Positions 29,001 through 37,052 of a stretch of 64,000 nucleotides of DNA are shown in pieces. The stretch's first letter is position 1; every line of letters starts with the position of its first letter. The stretch lies in contig OZ271918.1 in assembly GCA_965602015.1 (NCBI GenBank), positions 576,001 to 640,000 on the forward strand, read 5' to 3'. Made by a program: the position numbers and the translations under genes. The notes under the pieces are model-generated. The model ran no database searches, was not told where the DNA came from, and saw nothing but the letters and a program-made list of their open reading frames with translations. This stretch comes from Salinispira sp. (GTDB lineage Bacteria > Spirochaetota > Spirochaetia > DSM-27196 > Salinispiraceae).

Positions 29001-29140
29001 GAGAATTCTCCCATATGATGTTGTTATTCGGGCATGAAGGACGGGCTTTTCAAATTGACCTGCTAGAAAAACTGCGCCGCAGCGATGGTGCGCTGCAGCT
29101 CCTAGTCTCCGAAGCCGAGCCCCGTGAACCGGAAGACTGA
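26072..29140 (+). CDS. BlaR1-like M56 metallopeptidase with a large beta-rich extracytoplasmic region
   Basis: LHSLWQG, SPVVLG, LLHEYQH, YFFHP, REMRADD, L.SRIQRL. C-terminal carboxypeptidase-regulatory-like segments (SVSGSV..NG..P, NGNYQFSSL.PG.Y). Confidence 0.88.
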   Translation: MSVVQQLGVTVLHSLWQGFFVYLISRMPALKSLVESSRIRLIFALIIFQVALSIATFGIVSVSHFNSSFGLQEADLSASGGDQMEGTRDSLSDQNPGDLVLGNGETSVAVAIDEGGRFAGLWSIAMRFVGMMWFPGVLTSIFFSLFRLSGTKRLGQQLTPIDQPDIRRINQCCASTLGIPISGLYHHKRIMSPVVLGLLRFSIILPVAMVNSQDENLIRAVLLHEYQHIFFQDGLWQYLAEILGALYFFHPAIREMIREMQVLREMRADDGAAKVLGDPVAYSQLLVDWGRGALPATIKTGLSAFSGSTGDLRSRIQRLLGFKVQPQRRSLSLVAPLLLASVILALIFAGGIGASRGISALQHQQNLSELAEISQKLGTGIDAVREMPYRIEVQYQGDLEEREPPQLHIVYGSDLMSASSSEKGRKQGDVIIYEGSVNASYINFSFQDLRWAPWFSQRIAEVPESGRIEMSVNLLKTEPTRIAFISESGSPVDLPSLVFMFEPVNSQVSAFPHIPVDLQDDGSVVVYTDPLQPYALTFLARAPGYADIEETVNPDGEMVFTLHAVVASRFRVLDLNGRPMRNHGFSVIPGYFDEISHDPPEQIYSDEAGYIELILSPRYRSTVLSYGGPEFTAYAVIDHDTPARRIRFEDQRFSGAITGVMGDQVHISFRFNIDTQYSSTRQDEIGVDIEAGKAEFSLPLEWPVTGFDVHRQGQFLYAADWDIRNDEPVEISLQEWQPGQAADALSSREIELAFRTPEGLPPVNGNISLEMLGASRFDDYGYENHFGFVYADVVNGRAVIHLLSNIEQVKIDSFEVSGYYFDSSPIPVPAEAGQVAISLHPAASVSGSVRFSNGSAPRNAHIVLRDEDDSIVDQVNSRNGNYQFSSLTPGKRYSISASAGMSGDSIRRFRASGDGSPIFADLRISRGKDIVINLIDDVGNHIPGATPEIRYEHRNRDASGLVSVSEFPYTVYNFDPREFSHMMLLFGHEGRAFQIDLLEKLRRSDGALQLLVSEAEPREPED
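29078..29118 (+). repeat. 41-bp direct repeat, copy B (inside the blaR-like 3' end)
   Basis: CGCAGCGATGGTGCGCTGCAGCTCCTAGTCTCCGAAGCCGA, matching 25535-25575. Confidence 0.9.
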
Positions 29141-29236
29141 CAGCGATGACAACGGCATTAATCGAAAATCTCGATTTCACTTGCCTGGCCAACGATTCTT
29201 TGCGATTTTTTCACTCACAATACAAAGGAGTGTATT

Positions 29237-30064
29237 ATGAATCGTATTCTTAGCGTCACCATTGTTCTGCTTATCGCCGCAGGGGCTATTTTCGCCGCAC
29301 CGGCTGCAGAGCAGGAGACTGATGTTTTGCGGGTTGGAATGGACCTGCGCTATCCGCCGTTTGAAACCCGTGATGACGATGGAAATCCAGTTGGAATCAG
29401 CGTCGATGTTGCAACCGCTTTTGCCGAATCGTTGGGCCGACCGGTTGAAATTGTCGACACGAACTTCGGCTCCCTGATCCCCGCCCTGAATGCCGGAGAC
29501 ATCGACATCATTATCGCGTCCATGAGCCGCACCGACGAACGGGACGAAGCCATCGACTTTTCCGACACCTATTTCTATTTCAAGATAATCAGTCTGGTAA
29601 ATGCCGACTTTGCCGAAGCAAACGGCATAACCGAAGATTCACCCAAAGAGTCGCTGTCGGGTAACGACGCGACCCGCTTCACCGGAATAACCGGACAGGT
29701 ATCAGCGAGCATTCCCCAGTCTCTCGGCTTCGATGTGGAAATTGCCACCAACCTCGAGGCTGCGGTATTAAACGTTGTACAGGGCAGTTCTGATGTGCTG
29801 ATGATGAGCGCATTCCCGGTGACCCGCGGAAAGCGCGCCAATCCCGATGATACCATCGTAATCTGGGATCCCTTCGTTTCAAGCCCTATTGCCATGGGTG
29901 TTCGGGACGGTGATGTGGAGCTTCAGATGGCGGCAAACGAGTTTATCGCCACCATGTCCGAACCCGGCGGCCTGTACGAGCAGCTTGCCTCTGATTGGGA
30001 CGACACCATGCGCGAACTTCTCGGAGGGCGCTTCGGCCTCGAGTTTTTCATCAACGAGAACTAG
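29237..30064 (+). CDS. Polar amino acid ABC transporter substrate-binding protein
   Basis: LRVGM...YPPFE, GISVD, FGSLIPAL, TDER..AIDFS. Confidence 0.92.
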   Translation: MNRILSVTIVLLIAAGAIFAAPAAEQETDVLRVGMDLRYPPFETRDDDGNPVGISVDVATAFAESLGRPVEIVDTNFGSLIPALNAGDIDIIIASMSRTDERDEAIDFSDTYFYFKIISLVNADFAEANGITEDSPKESLSGNDATRFTGITGQVSASIPQSLGFDVEIATNLEAAVLNVVQGSSDVLMMSAFPVTRGKRANPDDTIVIWDPFVSSPIAMGVRDGDVELQMAANEFIATMSEPGGLYEQLASDWDDTMRELLGGRFGLEFFINEN

Positions 30065-30075
30065 AAGTACTCTCA

Positions 30076-30858
30076 ATGGCTATTACACCGGGCACCGAGC
30101 TCGAAACCAGCAAGTCCCGCCGCTTCGTCGGCGGGCTTGCTTTTCAGTATGGCATGGCCCTGGCGACATTCATCGCCCTGGCTTTATTCGTCGTTCTCCG
30201 CCAGACCCGACCCTTCGATCTGACCGCCGTGCTTCCTTATCAGGATGAAATATTACGGGGCTTTGGCCGCACAGTGTGGGTTTCATTCATTTCACTTGTC
30301 GGATCCACAACCCTGGGGTTTCTTTTCTATCTGCTTTCGGTGTCGAAGGTCCGATACTTTCGGGCTTTCACCGATGTATTCACCGAAATCATTTACGGCA
30401 CCCCGCTCCTCGTCATGATTATGATTATGGCCTTCGTAATCGGCCCTGCCTTCGGCTCGACAAACCGTTCCGCTATGGGAATCATGGGGCTGATAATCTA
30501 TATCACTCCGTACATGACGAACATCTACAAATCGGCAATTTCGAGCATTGGACGCGAACAGTATATGGCGATGGATCTCTTTGGGTTCACCCCCTATCAG
30601 CGCTACCGCTTCATCATCATTCCCCAGGTGGTGCGTATTCTCATGCCCCCTCTGATGAACAATTTCTCGCTGATTATAAAGGGGAGCGCGCTGTTGAACG
30701 TCCTTTCCTACCGGGAGCTCTTCTACGAAGTACAGCTTATGACCAACAATAATTTTCGATTTGTGGAAGGTTTTCTGCTGATGTGGTTCCTTTACCTCAT
30801 GATTACCATCCCGCTGTCACAGCTGACGAAATGGATAGATAGGAGGTGGGGCCTGTGA
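30076..30858 (+). CDS. Amino acid ABC transporter permease
   Basis: GTPLLV, IIIPQVVR...PPL.N...IKGSAL. Confidence 0.9.
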   Translation: MAITPGTELETSKSRRFVGGLAFQYGMALATFIALALFVVLRQTRPFDLTAVLPYQDEILRGFGRTVWVSFISLVGSTTLGFLFYLLSVSKVRYFRAFTDVFTEIIYGTPLLVMIMIMAFVIGPAFGSTNRSAMGIMGLIIYITPYMTNIYKSAISSIGREQYMAMDLFGFTPYQRYRFIIIPQVVRILMPPLMNNFSLIIKGSALLNVLSYRELFYEVQLMTNNNFRFVEGFLLMWFLYLMITIPLSQLTKWIDRRWGL

Positions 30859-31559
30859 AACTCGAATTAGAAAAACTCTATCATCGCTATGACGTCGATG
30901 TGCTCAAAGAAATCAGCCTCGAGTTAGAGGGATATAAATCCATCGCAATCATCGGGGTTTCCGGCAGCGGAAAGTCGACCCTTCTGCGGATTCTATCGGG
31001 TCTCGAAAAGGCGACCGACGGAGACGTCCGGGTCAACGGGCATGATGTGGCCGCCGACGAATACCGGAAGAACATTGGCTTCGTTTTTCAGAGCCATAAT
31101 CTGTTTCCCCACCTGACGCTCGAGAAAAACATCACTCTGGTTCTCGAAAAAACCCGCGGCTTTACCCATGAGGATGCCCACGAGCAGGCCCACAAATACC
31201 TTGAAACCCTTCATCTGTCGGACCAGGCTCACAAGCTTCCCAGGAACGTGAGCGGCGGACAGGCACAGCGGGCATCGCTGGCAAGGGCCCTGTCGGTTGA
31301 GCCTGAGGTGATTTTTCTCGATGAACCGACATCATCCCTCGACCCGGTGCTCACCTATGAGGTTCTCAATGCCATCAAGGAACTTCGGGAGCTGGGTATG
31401 GAGTTTGTTTTGGTGTCCCATGTCATGACGTTTGTTCAGGATTTCGCTGATTACGTGCTGTTTATGAAGGATGGAGTCATTGCCGAACATGGAACGCCGG
31501 ACATACTGAAGGATCCAAAGACCGAGGCCCTGGCTGATTTTATGGCGAAAGTTCCCTAA
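30855..31559 (+). CDS. Amino acid ABC transporter ATP-binding protein
   Basis: GVSGSGKST, FQSHNLFPHL, SGGQAQR, DEPTSSLDP. GTG start after AGGAGG. Confidence 0.92.
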   Translation: MKLELEKLYHRYDVDVLKEISLELEGYKSIAIIGVSGSGKSTLLRILSGLEKATDGDVRVNGHDVAADEYRKNIGFVFQSHNLFPHLTLEKNITLVLEKTRGFTHEDAHEQAHKYLETLHLSDQAHKLPRNVSGGQAQRASLARALSVEPEVIFLDEPTSSLDPVLTYEVLNAIKELRELGMEFVLVSHVMTFVQDFADYVLFMKDGVIAEHGTPDILKDPKTEALADFMAKVP

Positions 31560-31604
31560 CCGGGCTACACTTACTAACCTAAAGTTCAGCTCATCAGGAA
31601 TACA

Positions 31605-32384
31605 ATGCTGTTTTTTGAGCAGGTACGCTTTCGCCAGTCCCGCAAAATACACGCGCTCACGAACAAGGTCAAATCCTTTGCCTCGAGCAGGCTTGAACCG
31701 GCAGATGATGTCATATCCTGTCTTCTAAGCGGTAGTTTGGCCCGGGGAGACTACTGGCCCGGAAGTTTCGGCGGAGCTGTGGACCTGATTATCTTTGTTC
31801 GAGATGTCACGGTCTTTGCCGCCGAACAATACCTCGGCCCTGATCTTGAAGAGCATATTCCCGGTCACTTCGCTTCTATTGATGGTGAGTACTATCAGAT
31901 AAAGATTTATGACCGGGAATACCTCGATAGCTTCGCAAAGCAGGATGAAGCGGAAAAATATGCGTTTTTCGAGTCCGTCATGCTTTTTGACAAGAGCGCA
32001 AGACTGGAGAAAAAGAGAACCGAGCTGCTGAGCATAGGGAGACAAACCGAGATTCCTGAAAAATTGCGTTCGGCAATCGGTCATATACACTATCTTCTCA
32101 ATGAGTATAAAACCGATCGATGGCGTCGCAGGATTGCGGTTCTCCAGCTGCACCAGAACCTTAGTAAAGCCATCGAGCTGTCAATTAACGCCCTTTACTA
32201 TGCCAATGGCCTGTACTGCCCGGCGGAAGACCGGGCGCTGTATTACAGCTTTTCCTTGCCAATCAAACCCAAAAACTACGATATATGCATACAGGAGCTG
32301 ATGATTATTCCAGATGATACTCTGGAATCCTATAATGATCGTGAGGCGCTATTTACCCAAAAAGTTTTCAGCTTTTTTGAGTAA
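31605..32384 (+). CDS. Nucleotidyltransferase-fold protein (DUF4037-like)
   Basis: LSGSLARG...AVDLII followed by a helical C-terminal region (ALYYANG.Y.P). Confidence 0.6.
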   Translation: MLFFEQVRFRQSRKIHALTNKVKSFASSRLEPADDVISCLLSGSLARGDYWPGSFGGAVDLIIFVRDVTVFAAEQYLGPDLEEHIPGHFASIDGEYYQIKIYDREYLDSFAKQDEAEKYAFFESVMLFDKSARLEKKRTELLSIGRQTEIPEKLRSAIGHIHYLLNEYKTDRWRRRIAVLQLHQNLSKAIELSINALYYANGLYCPAEDRALYYSFSLPIKPKNYDICIQELMIIPDDTLESYNDREALFTQKVFSFFE

Positions 32385-32405
32385 GCCCCAGCCCAAGGAG
32401 GAAAA

Positions 32406-32789
32406 ATGATATACGGCGGCGATAATGTAAGCGAGTACCTCGATCGCATTGAGGATGATTGGAGAAAGGAAAAGCTCTTGGAGATACGGGACATCCTTCT
32501 TTCCTATGAGGATCTCAACGAGGGCATGGCCTACGGCATGCTTTCCTACGGTAAAAAGGATGAAAATGACGAGGGACTTTTTGCTCTTAATGCCCAACGG
32601 AATTATGTAAGCCTATACATCGGCAATATCGCCAAGGTTGACCCTGAGGGAGCGATTCTCAAGGGTTTGAGTATGGGAAAAGGCTGTATCCGGCTCTCCA
32701 AAACCAAAGACGTAGAGGCATCGGGCCTTCCCGAGTTTATAAAAAAGTCCGTTGACCTGTGGAGAAACGGCCAGGATACAGCCTGTTGA
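32406..32789 (+). CDS. DUF1801 (YdhG-like) protein
   Basis: VSEYL, E.M.YGM..Y, QRNYVSLY, GKGCIR. Confidence 0.85.
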   Translation: MIYGGDNVSEYLDRIEDDWRKEKLLEIRDILLSYEDLNEGMAYGMLSYGKKDENDEGLFALNAQRNYVSLYIGNIAKVDPEGAILKGLSMGKGCIRLSKTKDVEASGLPEFIKKSVDLWRNGQDTAC

Positions 32790-32907
32790 TTATGTGGGTC
32801 TATTCTTCAAATTGAAGCATCGCTTGTAATAGCTTGGGACCGGAAAATCTGTACAATGCAATCGGAAAAGATGCGGGAAATGCAGCAGGCGGAGCCTGCA
32901 AATCGTT

Positions 32908-32937
32908 CCGAACCCGGACTATGTGGCCCGGGTTCGG
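32908..32937. terminator. Hairpin between convergent genes
   Basis: CCGAACCCGG-N10-CCGGGTTCGG. Confidence 0.6.
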
Positions 32938-32959
32938 GCCAGGCTCGCTGCTTCTCGGG

Positions 32960-33751
32960 CTAGGCGTTTTTTCGTGAAATGATTGTTGTAACCGCCAGTA
33001 CCAACGCGATTCCTATCAGGCTAATCAGAGATGAGAGCTCCACGGCGGTGTCGGGGGGGACGTCGATTCCGCTACGTTTGAGGTAGATACCAAAGAAGGC
33101 CCAGATTACAACCAGCGAAAAGCCTATGTCTTTTCTTGTGATGATGATTGCTATGGTAATCAATGCGCCGACAATGATAACCAGGGTTGCCCAGAATGCC
33201 TCACTGAGGCCGAACCCTCCCCAGCCGATATCGACTAAAAATGCCGTGACATTTGCAATGGTTGCCACGGTGATCCACCCGAGATATACGGAAAACGGAA
33301 GTTTCACCCACCAAAAGTCTCCGATAGTGCTTTTTTCCTTTCCGATTCGCAGTTTGAGATATATCACCAGAAGTGAGGCCAGGAGACCGAGCATAAATAC
33401 GAGGGAGAGTCCGGTCAAGGTCCAGTGCCAGGCAAATATCCAGGCAATATTCGCTATGGAAGATAGCAGGAACCAGGGACCGATAGCCCCCAGGTATGAC
33501 GCGTCCCGATTCTTCGCAAAGGAATTAACCAGGCTGTAAACAACAAAACCGATGAGCAGGGTATAAATTACCGCCCATATTGCGAAGGTCAGCCCGGCGG
33601 GGACAAAGAGATTCGGATACATATCCGAAAGCTGTCCGGTATCCATTCCGTTCAATGGGAGAATTGAAGCCAAAGCATTGATGGCTATTGTGGCTGCCAG
33701 GGCTGCCGCATTGACGAACGCCCAGACCTTTGTTTGATTCGCATTTTCCAT
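32960..33751 (-). CDS. Tryptophan-rich TspO/MBR-related membrane protein
   Basis: NALASILPLNG..TGQLSD.YPNLFVPAGLTFAIW, NIAWIFAW, PFSVYLGWITVATIAN. Confidence 0.75.
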   Translation of the reverse strand: MENANQTKVWAFVNAAALAATIAINALASILPLNGMDTGQLSDMYPNLFVPAGLTFAIWAVIYTLLIGFVVYSLVNSFAKNRDASYLGAIGPWFLLSSIANIAWIFAWHWTLTGLSLVFMLGLLASLLVIYLKLRIGKEKSTIGDFWWVKLPFSVYLGWITVATIANVTAFLVDIGWGGFGLSEAFWATLVIIVGALITIAIIITRKDIGFSLVVIWAFFGIYLKRSGIDVPPDTAVELSSLISLIGIALVLAVTTIISRKNA

Positions 33752-33876
33752 GTGCGCCTCCTTCCTTCATCATACTACTGCGGCGTCGGTATCGGTAGCA
33801 TTTTTTCCCATAAGGTCAATATGTTGCTCATCAGATCACATTGAACATGGCGCGCAATGTGTCATACTCTGTTTGT

Positions 33877-34764
33877 ATGATCTCAGACGAACTGCACGAT
33901 AGCCGCCTTGTTACCCGTTTTCGCGATCTCGAGATTTACCAGATCCATGGCACTGATGCGCCTCAAACCATGGCGGAGATCGGCCGTATCAGAGAGCATG
34001 AGTTCAGCTCCGACGGCGGCGGTACCGGGAAGGATATAGACATCGATGAGTACGATACTATGTCGTACTGCTACCAACTCCTCGTGTGGGATCCCAAATA
34101 TCAACAGATCCTCAGCGCATACCGCTATATTCCTATGTGGCGCATTCCCGCAGACCATCGGAAAAACGGATCTCCCAGTTCGAGATTATTTGATTTGTCC
34201 AATAGATTCTATGATGATATCGCGCCGGGCTGTATTGAACTTGGACGGTCGGTAGTGAACCGGAAAGCCAAAAGAAGCATTCTCGGTCTCTTCGCGGTGT
34301 GGAGCGGGCTCGGAGCCTTGATTGCCGAGCTTCCCCGGCTTCGGTGGTTTTTCGGGAAACTGACCCTGTATCCCGAGGTTCCCAAACATTTGCGGCATCG
34401 GATTTTTGCCTTCTGGGATCGTTTTTTTCCGGGAGATGAAACCTTGATGGCTCCGGTCGTGGATTATTCCATTGCCAAGGTTGAGAATGATTGGAGCGGA
34501 TATCCCGATATCGGGGATCGCGACACCGCATTTAAACGGCTTTCTGCTGAAATGTCCGATGCAGGATGGCCGGTTCCTCCGCTCATGAAGTCATACATTG
34601 CTGTTAGCAGTGAAATACAATCATTTGGAACGGCGCTGAACAGTCATTTTGGAAATGTATACGAAACGGCAATTCTCCTACCCATCGAAACCATCGGCGG
34701 AAAAACCCGGGAGCAATTTATCGATTCATATACCAGCATAAACCCCGGGCTGTTTAGCTATTGA
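33877..34764 (+). CDS. GNAT-fold N-acyltransferase (OlsB/Acetyltransf_5-like)
   Basis: EIGRIRE..F...GGGTG...DID.YD, AYR, IELGRS, PPL.K.Y. Confidence 0.8.
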   Translation: MISDELHDSRLVTRFRDLEIYQIHGTDAPQTMAEIGRIREHEFSSDGGGTGKDIDIDEYDTMSYCYQLLVWDPKYQQILSAYRYIPMWRIPADHRKNGSPSSRLFDLSNRFYDDIAPGCIELGRSVVNRKAKRSILGLFAVWSGLGALIAELPRLRWFFGKLTLYPEVPKHLRHRIFAFWDRFFPGDETLMAPVVDYSIAKVENDWSGYPDIGDRDTAFKRLSAEMSDAGWPVPPLMKSYIAVSSEIQSFGTALNSHFGNVYETAILLPIETIGGKTREQFIDSYTSINPGLFSY

Positions 34765-35705
34765 GGGAAGGTTCCGATTATCTCAAGGTAGTTTTCCAAG
34801 GGGAAGCCAAATTGATGCTCCCAAATTCTTGAGTACTCTCCGCTTAACAACGCCCATTCAAAAAACCGCTCCAGAATACCCGCCAGCACGGCGTCGTCAG
34901 CCCTGATGAGCCAATGCGCAAAGTCAATGTCGCTGCCGATTGCGAATGCGATGTTGAGGTTTGGATAATTAGTCAATTCGAACAGGGCGCTAATGCCGCC
35001 CGAGCTGGTCACATCGGCTTCGCCGGACGAGACCATTCGGGCCAGCTCTTCGGTGTCGGTTGCCCGGATACGGATGGTCGTAACAGCATTTCTTTCAAGT
35101 TCAGCATTGAGAACCTGGTAGTGAGCCGCGGTGGGAAACGAGGCGAGACGCAATCCTTCAAGATCATCGATGCTGTCGATCTTACTCTCGTTGCGGCTTA
35201 TCACCACGAAGCGATCCGGAATGGTAGGGATCAGAATGGCCAACTTTTCCCTCCAGGGACGGTAGCCAAAACCGTCAACGAGTATCCGGGTTCTCTGAAG
35301 GGAATCGGGAGTGTATGGCGGCAGTTCGCCTCCGGCTATGGAATCGAGCCTGTCCGGATCAGGCACCTCCCCATTGAGTGCAAAATATCTTGAAAAATTG
35401 TCGACTATTTCATATTCCAGCTCGACGCCTAGAGTTTCCGCGAAAAGCATGGCCATTTCAAATTCCAGTCCGCCGTGTTGCCCGATTCCATATTTATCCG
35501 GTTCAAATACCGATTCCCGTACTCTCGTGGTGATCCTAAGCAGTCCGCCGAGTTCGTCCCGTACGAAGCGGCGTTCTGCTTCGCTCAAAGCAAAGCCGGG
35601 ATTCAAAACCTCCGCGGCTTGGGGAGGCGGCTGTTCGGATTCTGGGTAACAGGAGATAAGCAACGGTACAAGCAGCAGTGCCGTCAATAAGATCTGTGAT
35701 TTCAT
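34758..35705 (-). CDS. Family 3 substrate-binding lipoprotein (MltF N-terminal-like), orphan
   Basis: Lipobox LISC, GLEFEMA..FAETLGVEL, IDSIDDLEG, VSSGEADV. Confidence 0.7.
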   Translation of the reverse strand: MKSQILLTALLLVPLLISCYPESEQPPPQAAEVLNPGFALSEAERRFVRDELGGLLRITTRVRESVFEPDKYGIGQHGGLEFEMAMLFAETLGVELEYEIVDNFSRYFALNGEVPDPDRLDSIAGGELPPYTPDSLQRTRILVDGFGYRPWREKLAILIPTIPDRFVVISRNESKIDSIDDLEGLRLASFPTAAHYQVLNAELERNAVTTIRIRATDTEELARMVSSGEADVTSSGGISALFELTNYPNLNIAFAIGSDIDFAHWLIRADDAVLAGILERFFEWALLSGEYSRIWEHQFGFPLENYLEIIGTFPQ

Positions 35706-36053
35706 TGCGTCCACCTCTGCTGCCTTTGCGTAAAAGCTTTTCACAATGTTATGCTGCCCGACGGTTTTGTCAAGGGCGCTGCATCGCCCGATACAAGCCA
35801 TATGAATGACCAGTCGCCTGTATGGCTTTACGATCAGTATCGTTCCATCGTCATTCATGAAAAGAAACCACATATAGTGATGTATGCCTTGTTACCTTAC
35901 AGAGATATTTCAATCAGACCTGAAAATATCCGTATTGGCAACCAGATATCTGCAATGTTGGTCCCAATAAACCACAAAAAGTGATTTTATTGAAGAAAAC
36001 CGTCGCCAACGAATCACGATATGTGTACTTTTAAGAAAACACAGGAGGTTCAT

Positions 36054-36860
36054 ATGAACGCATCGTTCTTTACTCTGAGCGTAGAAGCCTACGAACTGGT
36101 AGGACATATTCTTACACTCGGATATGCGGCCATGGCCGCTTCGCTTTTGTACTTCTGGCTGACAAAAAATGACAACATGCCTAAGTACCGTATGTCTTCA
36201 GTTCTATCAGTCGTCGTCATGACGTCCGCCTTTCTTCTGCTGTTCACTCAAAAGCAGAGCTGGACCGACGCCTATGTATACGAGAGTGGCCAATACGTTC
36301 TGCGCGAGGGAGCGGATCTGTTCACCAATGGCTTCCGATACCTGAACTGGATGATTGATGTACCGATGCTTCTCATTCAGATTCTGTTCGTTGCCGGAAT
36401 CGTCGGGGCTGCTCGGAGCAAGTATATATTCCAGTTCTCACTGTCCGGTGTACTGATGATTGTTACCGGATACATCGGACAATTCTACGAGCCCGGTCGG
36501 GATAATGCAAATTTGGTCGTGTGGCTCGTGTGGGGATTCATTTCAACGGTCTTTTTTGTATGGGTTCTCATCCTCATCACCAAGGTCATAAAGGATGGGG
36601 TTAAAAATATGGGCAGTTCCAAGGCTGCCGGTATTTTCGGCGCTATTCTGCCGCTGTTCTATGTATCCTGGTTTCTGTATCCCGGCGCGTACCTCATGCC
36701 CCTGCTGCTTGAATTGGGAATTGCCGACTACCAGTTTACTATCGTAGCGCAGCAGATGACATACACCATAGCGGATATCGCATCCAAGGTAATCTACGGC
36801 GCGATGCTGAACGTGGCATCCACCATCCTCAGTGAGGAACAGGGATTCGTCGCAACCTAA
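36054..36860 (+). CDS. Microbial rhodopsin with NDQ motif (light-driven Na+-pump family, KR2-like)
   Basis: Helix C NGFRYLNWMIDVPMLLIQIL gives N-D-Q. Helix G YTIADIASKVIYG carries the retinal Lys. Seven hydrophobic segments; RBS CAGGAGG. Confidence 0.95.
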   Translation: MNASFFTLSVEAYELVGHILTLGYAAMAASLLYFWLTKNDNMPKYRMSSVLSVVVMTSAFLLLFTQKQSWTDAYVYESGQYVLREGADLFTNGFRYLNWMIDVPMLLIQILFVAGIVGAARSKYIFQFSLSGVLMIVTGYIGQFYEPGRDNANLVVWLVWGFISTVFFVWVLILITKVIKDGVKNMGSSKAAGIFGAILPLFYVSWFLYPGAYLMPLLLELGIADYQFTIVAQQMTYTIADIASKVIYGAMLNVASTILSEEQGFVAT

Positions 36861-36880
36861 TGGCCAGTCGCGATTGTCTT

Positions 36881-36912
36881 AAAAACGCCGCGCTCCCCCG
36901 CGGCGTTTTTTT
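36881..36912 (+). terminator. Bidirectional-type intrinsic terminator after the rhodopsin
   Basis: AAAAACGCCGCG-ctcccc-CGCGGCGTTTTTTT. Confidence 0.9.
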
Positions 36913-37052
36913 ATATCCCCTTTGCTTACTGAGAGTTCTCCGCACTATCCCCTCCATACCCGTTTGTGATACAACCAGGGACTCTGAGCTTTTGCCTTGG
37001 CGGGGTTAGACTCATGCCGCCGAAGCTCAAGCTCAGACTGGAGACAATAATA

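Noticed and set aside
25662..29140. Beta-lactam resistance locus
   Set aside because: No penicillin-binding sensor domain and no beta-lactamase or mecA nearby.
36021..36053. Longer rhodopsin N-terminus from ATG 36021
   Set aside because: A strong CAGGAGG RBS precedes ATG 36054, and the extension does not resemble the KR2 N-terminal helix.
36054..36860. Proteorhodopsin, xenorhodopsin or chloride-pump assignment
   Set aside because: The helix C motif is N-D-Q, not DTE, DTA/DSA or NTQ, and helix G keeps DxxxK.
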